From positions 183,027-247,026 of the forward strand of contig CAVQUB010000006.1 in NCBI GenBank assembly GCA_963716725.1: a stretch of 64,000 nt of DNA. The letters run 5' to 3'. Under the pieces are notes generated by a model that did not search any database, had not been told where the DNA came from, and saw nothing but the letters and a program-made list of their open reading frames with translations. The position numbers were made by a program, and so were the translations under genes. Positions 29,125-36,487 of this stretch are shown piece by piece (within the stretch, counting starts at the first letter, position 1; the number at the start of each line of letters is the position of its first letter). Origin of the DNA: an uncultured delta proteobacterium (lineage in GTDB: Bacteria; Myxococcota_A; Polyangia; Polyangiales; Polyangiaceae).

Positions 29125-30164
29125 CCCCGCGGCACGTAGGCGCAGGTGCCATCCCAGTCGAGCATGTCACCGGTCATCGCGTAGGCGCGGGCGCGCGACC
29201 CCCCGCAGAGCTGCCTGTATTCGCAGGCGCCGCATTTACCCAGCAGCAGGTCCGGATCGCGCAGCTGGCGCAGGGTCGGACTGGTTTGGTAGATCTCGAT
29301 CACGTCGCGGTCGCGCACATTGCCGCAGGGGATGGGCAAGAAGCCGCTCGGGAAGACCTCGCCGCGGTGGGATACGAACAAGAAGCCGCGACCGTCGTTG
29401 ACGCGCAGGCCCTGCTTGCCACGGGTGCCGTGCTCGGCGGCGACGCCGCTCGCGCGCTTGCGCTCGGCGAGGACTCGCCGATAGTGCGGGGCCGCCGTGG
29501 TCTTGAGCGCGAAGGGCTCGCGTTCCGCGATGGCAGCGAGCTCCTCGAGCGCGCTCTCGACCTGAGCGTCGGTGGGCAGCATTGCGAGCTCCGCGCGCCC
29601 GGTGGGCACCACGAAGAACACGCTCCACAAGAGGCAACCCGCGTCGCGCACGACTTGGGCCATCTCGTTCAAGATGTGGATGTTCTTCGCGTGGATGCTG
29701 GTGTTGATCTGCGTGCCGATCCCGGCAGCCTTCGCGTCGCGCAAGATGCGCAGGGACGTGTCGAAGCTCCCGGGGACGCCGCGGAAGGCGTCGTGGGCCG
29801 GCGCCCTCGGTGCGTCCACGCTGACCGCGAGCCGAGACAGCCCCGCCTCCGCCAGTTGTCGAATCAGCTCGGTCGTCACCAGCGGCGTCGCGCTGGGAGT
29901 GAGCCCCATGAGCAAGCCGCGGGAGCGCCCGTGGGCCACGAGTTCGAGCAGATCGGGGCGCTTTGCGGGATCGCCGCCGGTCAGGATCACGAGGGGGACT
30001 CGGGCGTCGGCGAAGCGATCCAGGAGGCGCTTGCCTTCTTCCGTGTCGAGCTCGCGCGGATCACGGGATGGCTTGGCGCAGGCGCGGCAGTGCTCGCACA
30101 CCAGATCACAAGCCTGAGTGGTCTCCCAGATGGCGATGAAGGGGTGGTCGTCGAATTTGGCCAC
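29043..30164 (-). CDS. Radical SAM/SPASM protein (AhbD/NirJ-related, TIGR04053-like)
   Basis: WETTQACDLVCEHCRA, LTGGDP, GEVFPSGFLP, GKCGACEYRQLCGGSRARAYA. Confidence 0.9.
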   Translation of the reverse strand: MAKFDDHPFIAIWETTQACDLVCEHCRACAKPSRDPRELDTEEGKRLLDRFADARVPLVILTGGDPAKRPDLLELVAHGRSRGLLMGLTPSATPLVTTELIRQLAEAGLSRLAVSVDAPRAPAHDAFRGVPGSFDTSLRILRDAKAAGIGTQINTSIHAKNIHILNEMAQVVRDAGCLLWSVFFVVPTGRAELAMLPTDAQVESALEELAAIAEREPFALKTTAAPHYRRVLAERKRASGVAAEHGTRGKQGLRVNDGRGFLFVSHRGEVFPSGFLPIPCGNVRDRDVIEIYQTSPTLRQLRDPDLLLGKCGACEYRQLCGGSRARAYAMTGDMLDWDGTCAYVPRGYEQQFERDRLEREARMGRLPLAVVNG

Positions 30165-30183
30165 GGAGGTCTGCCTTCCGCGG

Positions 30184-30199
30184 AGCAAGGTACGTGCCC
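30184..30199 (-). promoter_or_regulatory. Sigma54 (-24/-12) promoter of the radical SAM gene
   Basis: GGGCACG-TACC-TTGCT on the minus strand, about 20 nt before GTG 30164. Confidence 0.65.
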
Positions 30200-30446
30200 A
30201 ACGCAAAAGACGCCAGCTGCTCGCGCCATCGTGACCTTGCCGCCGCGCCGGGCGCCAGGCTTGCGGAGACCCGAGCACCGAGCGCAGCCGATGCGCATCT
30301 CGGCGGGTTGGGCAGGGCTTTTCCTGGACAAGCGCGGACAACTCCGCGGACTCACAAAAATGCACTAGGGTGCGCCGCGCAGCCCGCGAGCTGCACCACC
30401 TGGAGTGGAACCCCGTCCCCACGGGGATACCTGGAGGACTAAGAAG

Positions 30447-30854
30447 ATGGATCTCAGAATTGTTCTGGTCGCGAGTGCCGCGCTGCTCCTGAGCGTCGGT
30501 TGCAACAAGGAGGAGAAGGCCTCGGGCGGCGCCGTCGGCGCGAGCACCGGGGCAGCCACCGCGGCTGCGGGCGGCGACGACCCCGCCGCCTACTACAAGA
30601 TGAAGTGCGCCGTTTGCCACGGCGACACGGGTGGTGGCGACGGCCCCGGCGGAACGGCCCTCGATCCGAAGCCGCGCAACTTCACCGACGCGACCTGGCA
30701 GGGTGCGACCAAAGACGAGGACATCAAGAAGGCCATCGTCGAGGGCGGCGCCTCCATCGGAAAGAGCGCGACCATGCCGGGAAATCCGGACCTCAGGAGC
30801 AAGCCGGCCCTCTCCGACGCCCTCGTGAAGTACGTCCGTGGCTTGAAGAAGTGA
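30447..30854 (+). CDS. Monoheme c-type cytochrome lipoprotein
   Basis: Lipobox SVGC, CAVCH, PKPRNFT, axial-ligand-like MP. Confidence 0.92.
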   Translation: MDLRIVLVASAALLLSVGCNKEEKASGGAVGASTGAATAAAGGDDPAAYYKMKCAVCHGDTGGGDGPGGTALDPKPRNFTDATWQGATKDEDIKKAIVEGGASIGKSATMPGNPDLRSKPALSDALVKYVRGLKK

Positions 30855-30887
30855 ACCTGTACCGGGGGGCGGCGAGCGCCGCGGCCA

Positions 30888-31376
30888 TCAGCCGCGGCGT
30901 TTTCGCTTTTTTGCGGCCGATGCGACCACATCAGCCAGTGTGCTCTCCCTCGCCCAGCTCTGGAGCGCCTCGCTGAGCACCGACCAGGCAGGGTGCAGGG
31001 GACAGGGTTTCTTCTCGTCGCACTTACCCCAACCAAAGACGCAGCGCCCACCGACCGGCGCTTCACCCATGGCAGCGAGCACGTCTGCGAAGCGGATCTC
31101 ACTCGCCGGACGCGCCAGCACGAACCCGCCGCCGTGCCCCTTCTGGGAATCCAGAAGCCCCGCTGCCACGAGTCGCCGCAGCACCTTCGACAGATAGTGC
31201 GCCGGCACGCTGGCTTCGACGGCGAGGTCCGCGGCCTTTCGCGCAACCCGATCGCCCTGCGCCAGGCAGGTCATGGCTCGGAGCGCATACTCTGCGCTCT
31301 GCGACACCGGCGAGATGCCATCGCGCAAGGCGACCGACAGGCTCCGCTTCTTCGACGGCGTTCTCTTGGTCGACAT
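30888..31376 (-). CDS. Rrf2-family regulator with three-Cys Fe-S motif
   Basis: SAEYALRAM, YLSKVLRRL, KGHGGGFVLAR, CVFGWGKCDEKKPCPLH; start codon uncertain. Confidence 0.92.
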   Translation of the reverse strand: MSTKRTPSKKRSLSVALRDGISPVSQSAEYALRAMTCLAQGDRVARKAADLAVEASVPAHYLSKVLRRLVAAGLLDSQKGHGGGFVLARPASEIRFADVLAAMGEAPVGGRCVFGWGKCDEKKPCPLHPAWSVLSEALQSWARESTLADVVASAAKKRKRRG

Positions 31377-31405
31377 GATCGTTGTCACTCCCGGCTTCGA
31401 GGCCG

Positions 31406-31441
31406 TTGAAACTTACCCCATCAATGGACCACGATGTCCAT
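31406..31441 (+). promoter_or_regulatory. Promoter with an overlapping palindromic operator (likely Rrf2 site)
   Basis: TTGAAA-N18-CACGAT; perfect ATGGAC-N6-GTCCAT at 31424-31441. Confidence 0.55.
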
Positions 31442-31466
31442 AAACGAGCTTCCCGTCCAGACACCC

Positions 31467-32936
31467 ATGAGTTCCGCGCGCATTTCCGACCAATCTCCCG
31501 AAGCCACCAGCGCTCGGCGCTGGGTGCTGCTCGCGGTGGGTTCGCTGCTGATGTCCGGCGTTTTGGCGCTGCTCTTGGTCGTCGCTCGCGTCCCCATCTT
31601 CTCGAGTTGGGTCACCGACCCGGCGTTCTTCCGGCGCTGCTTGGTGGTGCACGTCGATCTCTCGCTCCTGGTCTGGGTCTACGCGTTTGCAGCGGCACTC
31701 TCGTTCTTGTTGCCCAAGTCCGGCGCGAGCTCGGCGCCGAGTCGCGCCGGGGTGTTCGTCGCCTCCGCCGGCGTCGCGCTGCTGCTGTTTGCAGCCGGAG
31801 CGCCGGGCGCGCAGCCGATCCTCGCCAACTACGTGCCGGTGATCGACCACTGGTCGTTCTCCGCCGGCCTGGTCGTGTTTGCGGCCGGCGTGCTGCTCAG
31901 CGTGCTCGATCGGCGCCTGCTGCCCAGCGAGCCGGCGCCCGGAAGCGTACTCCCGGTGCCGGCAGCCGCCGTGCCCGGGATTCGCACGACCTGCATCGCG
32001 CTCTGTATCGCGGCCCTCACTTTCGCCTCCACCTGGATCTCGCGACCAAGGGGGCTGGACCCGGCGACGCTCTACGAGCTCGGCAACTGGGGCGGCGGGC
32101 ACGTGCTCCAGCTCGCGAGCAGCGCCGCAATGCTGAGCGTCTGGTTGATCCTGCTGGCCGGCGTGCTCGGTCGCGCGCCACTGTCGCGTGGAGCGGCCGC
32201 CGCGCTCTTCGGCGTCCTGCTCTTGCCCTGGACCGCCGCACCGCTGCTCGCCGCCAGCGGCATGCAGAACGTCGTCGCGCGCGAGGGCTTCACGCTGCTC
32301 ATGCGCTGGGGGATCTTCCCGGCCGCCGCCGTCGTGCTCATCGCGTGCCTGCGCGCGGTCGTCCAAGGCTTCCGCGACGGCGCGCTGACCCGGTCGGATC
32401 TGCGCGACCCGCGGCTCGTCGGCTTCTTTGCCAGCGCGGGTCTCACGCTGCTCGGTTGGATACTGGGCGCGCTGATCGACGGATCGACGACGATGATTCC
32501 AGCGCACTATCACGCCTCCATCGGCGGCGTGACGGTGGCGTTCATGGCGCTCACCTACCCGCTGCTCGAGGCCGTGGGCGTGCCGGTGCGGGCGTCGCGC
32601 TTCGCTCGACGCACCACCCACTGGCAGCCGGCGCTCTTCGGTGTGGGTCAGGGCGTCTTCGCCATCGGATTCGCGCTGGCGGGTGCCCATGGCATGGGGC
32701 GAAAACTCTACGGCGCCGAGCAGAATGCCCGCAGCGTCTGGCAACAGCTGGGCCTGGCCGTCATGGGCTTCGGAGGTCTGGTAGCGATCATCGCGGGGCT
32801 GCTGTTCCTCGCCATCGTCGTCAGCGCCTGGCTCCGCCGCGAACGCGCCCGCGTCTCGGCCTGGGAAAGCACAACCCGCATCCGCGGGGGAACACGCCTC
32901 GAATTGAAGGAAAGGACCGGAGGGTCACATGGCTGA
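31467..32936 (+). CDS. Degenerate heme-copper oxidase subunit I-like membrane protein
   Basis: LVVHVDL, GGHVLQ, PAHYHASIG, GMGRK; no HH CuB pair; alternative start at 31434. Confidence 0.75.
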   Translation: MSSARISDQSPEATSARRWVLLAVGSLLMSGVLALLLVVARVPIFSSWVTDPAFFRRCLVVHVDLSLLVWVYAFAAALSFLLPKSGASSAPSRAGVFVASAGVALLLFAAGAPGAQPILANYVPVIDHWSFSAGLVVFAAGVLLSVLDRRLLPSEPAPGSVLPVPAAAVPGIRTTCIALCIAALTFASTWISRPRGLDPATLYELGNWGGGHVLQLASSAAMLSVWLILLAGVLGRAPLSRGAAAALFGVLLLPWTAAPLLAASGMQNVVAREGFTLLMRWGIFPAAAVVLIACLRAVVQGFRDGALTRSDLRDPRLVGFFASAGLTLLGWILGALIDGSTTMIPAHYHASIGGVTVAFMALTYPLLEAVGVPVRASRFARRTTHWQPALFGVGQGVFAIGFALAGAHGMGRKLYGAEQNARSVWQQLGLAVMGFGGLVAIIAGLLFLAIVVSAWLRRERARVSAWESTTRIRGGTRLELKERTGGSHG

Positions 32937-33079
32937 GACAAAGCCGATTCACCCCGTTCAGAAGCTGCTCGACAACCCATGGCTCTTGCTCGCACTCGGA
33001 GTGCTGCTGCCGATCATCTCCTACACGGTTTGGGGATTGGTGGAGCTGCCAGAACCTGAAGCCAGCCCCGCTGCCCTGA
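32929..33079 (+). CDS. Small single-TM oxidase accessory protein with a +1 frameshift at ~33049
   Basis: KLLDNPWLLLALG...YTVWGLVEL, then QNLKPAPLP* after skipping one C. Confidence 0.6.
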
Positions 33080-33089
33080 GGAAACGAAG

Positions 33090-33617
33090 ATGGGAATCAC
33101 AGCCCCGCCTGCAGACTGGTTCAAGGCGCCCTCGGGCACCGAACGCGCCTGGATCGGCCTCGCGCTGCTCTGGTGCATCGTGCTCACCCTGGCGATGCCG
33201 TACTGGCACTTCAAGGGCAAGCAAAACAGCACCGGCGAGGCGTACTCGGTGGAACCCGCCAAGTTCGCTGCGCGTGTGCAGAGCTTCGTCGCATCGAACA
33301 AGGTCGACGAGAAGAACGGCATCCCGGTGGTCGAAGCCGCCCCGGGCGGTGACGCCTATCTGCAAGCGCAGATGTGGACCTTCTATCCGATCCTCAAGTT
33401 CCGCAAAGGGCAGACCTACCGGCTGCACATGTCCTCGACGGACATCCAGCACGGTTTCTCGCTGCTCCCCATCAACATGAACTTCCAAGTGCTGCCGGGC
33501 TACGACCACGTGCTCACCATCACCCCAACGATGACCGGCGAGTTCCCGATCATCTGCAACGAATTCTGCGGCATCGGGCACCACCAGATGACCGGCAAGA
33601 TCATCGTGACGGAGTAG
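33090..33617 (+). CDS. Heme-copper oxidoreductase subunit II (CuA, single TM, B-family type)
   Basis: DIQHGF and CNEFCGIGHHQM. Confidence 0.93.
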   Translation: MGITAPPADWFKAPSGTERAWIGLALLWCIVLTLAMPYWHFKGKQNSTGEAYSVEPAKFAARVQSFVASNKVDEKNGIPVVEAAPGGDAYLQAQMWTFYPILKFRKGQTYRLHMSSTDIQHGFSLLPINMNFQVLPGYDHVLTITPTMTGEFPIICNEFCGIGHHQMTGKIIVTE

Positions 33618-33621
33618 CCGA

Positions 33622-35226
33622 ATGACGACGATGGATCCCACTGTCGATGGCGGGCTGGTGGACGGCCCGGCCGACGAGGCCGAACCCAAGGGCAATCACG
33701 CGCCCGGCATGTCGCGCATCTGCGGCACCACGGGCTTCACGGTCGACCTGACCGCCCAGAAGTTCATCCAACTCAACGCGGTGGCTGCCGTGGTTTGCCT
33801 GCTCTTGGGCGGCATCGCGGCGCTGCTCATCGCCCTCACCCGCTGGCCTGCGGTCCATCTGCTCAACGCAGAGTGGTACTACCGCATGGTCACCTTCCAC
33901 GGTCTCGCGATGTTGATCTTGTGGATGATCTTCTTCGAGATGGCGGTGCTGTATTTCGCGGGCACCGTGCTGCTCAAGAGCAGGCTCGCGTCGTCGAGGG
34001 TCGCCTGGGTCAGCTTCATCATGATGGTGATCGGCGCCGGCATGGTCGCGACCATGGTGCTCACCGGCAAAGCAGACGTGATGTTCACGTCTTACGCGCC
34101 GCTGAAGGCCCACCATCTCTACTACCTGGGCATCATCCTGTTTGCGGTCGGCACGCTCATCGGCGTGATCAACTTCTTCGCGACCATCTACATCGCGAAG
34201 CGCGACAAGACCTACAAGGGCTCGGTGCCCCTGGTCGTATTCGGCGCCATCACCGCCGCCATCATCGCCGTCGGCACCTTGCTGCACGGCGCCGCCATCA
34301 TGGTCCCGACTTGGCTCTGGGCCCTCGGCGTGATCCCCCACATGGACTCCGCCGCGTACCGGCTCGTCTTCTGGGGCCTCGGTCACCCGTCGCAGCAGAT
34401 CAACGTCGCGGCGATGGTCAGCGTCTGGTACCTGCTGAGCGCCATCACGGTGGGCGGCAAGGTCCTGAACCAGGGCGTGTCGCGCGTTGCCTTCCTGTTC
34501 TACATCCTCTTCATCAACCTGGCCTCGGCCCACCACCTCTTGGTCGATCCCGGCCTCAGCGCCGGCTGGAAGATCTGGAATACGTCCTACGCGATGTACC
34601 TGGCGGTGCTCGCGTCGATGATCCACGGCTACACCGTGCCGGCGTCGGTCGAGGTCGCCCTGCGCAAGCAAGGGCACGACAAGGGATTGTTCGGCTGGCT
34701 CGGGGCCGCGCCCTGGAGCAACCCCGGATTTTCGGGCTTCTTCCTGTCCTTGCTGATCTTCGGCTTCATCGGCGGCATCACCGGCGTGACGCTGGGGACC
34801 GAGCAGATCAACATCATCGCGCACAATACCCTGCGCATCCCCGGCCACTTCCACTCCACGGTCGTGGGCGGCACGACGCTGGCCTTCATGGCGGTGACCT
34901 ACTACGTGGTGCCGCTGATCTTCCGCCGCGAATACCCGATGCGCGCCATTTGCAAGCTGCAACCCTTCGTGTTCGCGCTGGGCATCGTCATGATCTCGTT
35001 CGGCATGTCCTTCGCGGGATCGTATGGCGTCTCGCGTCGGCACTGGGATATCGAGTTCACGGGCGCAACCCACGCCGCCGGCTACGATCCGAGCGTGCAC
35101 GTGTGGCTGGCGCTGGTCGGCATCGGCGGCATCGTCGCCTTCACCGGCCTCTTGATGTACGTGCTGACGACGGTCGCCGCGGTCTTCTTCGGCAAGAAGA
35201 TCGACGGCAAGATGACGGCTTGGTGA
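33622..35226 (+). CDS. Heme-copper oxidoreductase subunit I, eNOR-type nitric oxide reductase candidate
   Basis: TFHG, FWGLGHPSQQ (Gln at the Tyr position), SAHHL, GHFH. Confidence 0.85.
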   Translation: MTTMDPTVDGGLVDGPADEAEPKGNHAPGMSRICGTTGFTVDLTAQKFIQLNAVAAVVCLLLGGIAALLIALTRWPAVHLLNAEWYYRMVTFHGLAMLILWMIFFEMAVLYFAGTVLLKSRLASSRVAWVSFIMMVIGAGMVATMVLTGKADVMFTSYAPLKAHHLYYLGIILFAVGTLIGVINFFATIYIAKRDKTYKGSVPLVVFGAITAAIIAVGTLLHGAAIMVPTWLWALGVIPHMDSAAYRLVFWGLGHPSQQINVAAMVSVWYLLSAITVGGKVLNQGVSRVAFLFYILFINLASAHHLLVDPGLSAGWKIWNTSYAMYLAVLASMIHGYTVPASVEVALRKQGHDKGLFGWLGAAPWSNPGFSGFFLSLLIFGFIGGITGVTLGTEQINIIAHNTLRIPGHFHSTVVGGTTLAFMAVTYYVVPLIFRREYPMRAICKLQPFVFALGIVMISFGMSFAGSYGVSRRHWDIEFTGATHAAGYDPSVHVWLALVGIGGIVAFTGLLMYVLTTVAAVFFGKKIDGKMTAW

Positions 35227-35239
35227 CAAGGAGGATCCG

Positions 35240-35413
35240 ATGGCCAAACAAGACAAAGCCGCCGAGGTGATCGAGAAAGAGTCGGAGCACCACGGCGACG
35301 AGGCCCACAAGGCCCCGGGCACCTTCGTGCTCACCCTGATCCTGCTCGTTTCGTTCGCCGTCTACTACTTCGCCAACTGGAAAGCGCTGGCGGACGTCTG
35401 GCACGTCCGCTGA
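35240..35413 (+). CDS. 57-aa subunit IIa (CbaD-like) single-TM protein, absent from the ORF track
   Basis: RBS AAGGAGG; ...KAPGTFVLTLILLVSFAVYYFANWKALADVWHVR. Confidence 0.8.
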   Translation: MAKQDKAAEVIEKESEHHGDEAHKAPGTFVLTLILLVSFAVYYFANWKALADVWHVR

Positions 35414-35436
35414 GCGCTCCCTATACAGTGACCGCC

Positions 35437-36486
35437 ATGGCTGACTCCGCCGACAGCGCAGGCCCGGACTCGGGACGCCCCGAAAGCCCGGACACCGGCG
35501 CTGCCGCGGAGCCGGCGGCCGGCGGGTCTGCCGGCCTGGCGCGCGACGACGCCTCCGGCCTGCCGCGTCCGCTGGCGTGGATGCACGTGTTTTTCTCGTC
35601 GTGGCGCTTCCCGGTGCTGATGTTGGCGGTGCTGCTCTCCTTCGACGTCTTCCAGCTCGCGATGCTGGTGATCCCCAAGAGCGACGTGGGCATCGGTGCC
35701 TTCGCCGAAGAGTTCAGGATCTGGTGTTACGGCCTCGACCAAGAGACCGGTGCCTACAAGATCAGCTACATCGCGATGTTCCTGGCGCAGCCCGCCGTCA
35801 TGTGCGGTGTGCTGCTCGTCGTCTGGGGCAAGCAGGTTCGAGAGGCCCTGCGCAGCCGACCCCGCGCGTTGCTGCCTTACCTCGGGGTGGCGCTGCTCAT
35901 GGTGAGCGCGGCGCTGGTGAGCTTGGTGGGCTTGGGCGGAGACGCCGCTGCCGCCCCGGTGCCCTTCCCGGCGGCGGCGCTCCGTACCGCGAAGCCCGCG
36001 CCGGCCGTGGCGCTGACCGACCAAGACGGCCAGAAGACCGAGCTCGCGGCGCTCCAGGGCAAGGTGGTGGTGGTCACGGGGATCTATGCCACGTGCTTTC
36101 ACACCTGCCCCCTGATCATGGGTCAGCTTCGGCGCAGCCTGGATGCCCTCTCCAAAGCCGACCGCGAGCACGTCCGCGTGCTGGCGGTGACGCTCAACCC
36201 GGAGCACGACAAGCAGCCGGTGATGCTCAAGACCGCCGCTCGCTACCAGGTGAAGTCTCCCGAGTATCGACTGCTGTGGGGCGAACCCGAAGCAGTGAAC
36301 GCGACGCTCGACCGACTCGAGATCGCGCGATCGAAGAACCCGATGAACGGGGAAATCGACCACGCCAACCTCTTCATCGTCGTCGACCGCAAAGGCCAAG
36401 TCGCGTACCGCCTCACGCTGGGCGACAACCAAGAACGCTGGCTCAGCGACGCCATCAAGCTGCTCGTCAAGGAGCCGGGCGCCTGA
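35437..36486 (+). CDS. SCO-family copper chaperone with N-terminal membrane domain
   Basis: LTDQDG, CFHTCP, IDH. Confidence 0.9.
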   Translation: MADSADSAGPDSGRPESPDTGAAAEPAAGGSAGLARDDASGLPRPLAWMHVFFSSWRFPVLMLAVLLSFDVFQLAMLVIPKSDVGIGAFAEEFRIWCYGLDQETGAYKISYIAMFLAQPAVMCGVLLVVWGKQVREALRSRPRALLPYLGVALLMVSAALVSLVGLGGDAAAAPVPFPAAALRTAKPAPAVALTDQDGQKTELAALQGKVVVVTGIYATCFHTCPLIMGQLRRSLDALSKADREHVRVLAVTLNPEHDKQPVMLKTAARYQVKSPEYRLLWGEPEAVNATLDRLEIARSKNPMNGEIDHANLFIVVDRKGQVAYRLTLGDNQERWLSDAIKLLVKEPGA

Positions 36487-36487
36487 G

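Noticed and set aside
33622..35226. Ordinary ba3/cbb3 oxygen reductase
   Set aside because: Lacks the helix VI active-site Tyr; has a CuA subunit II rather than CcoO/P
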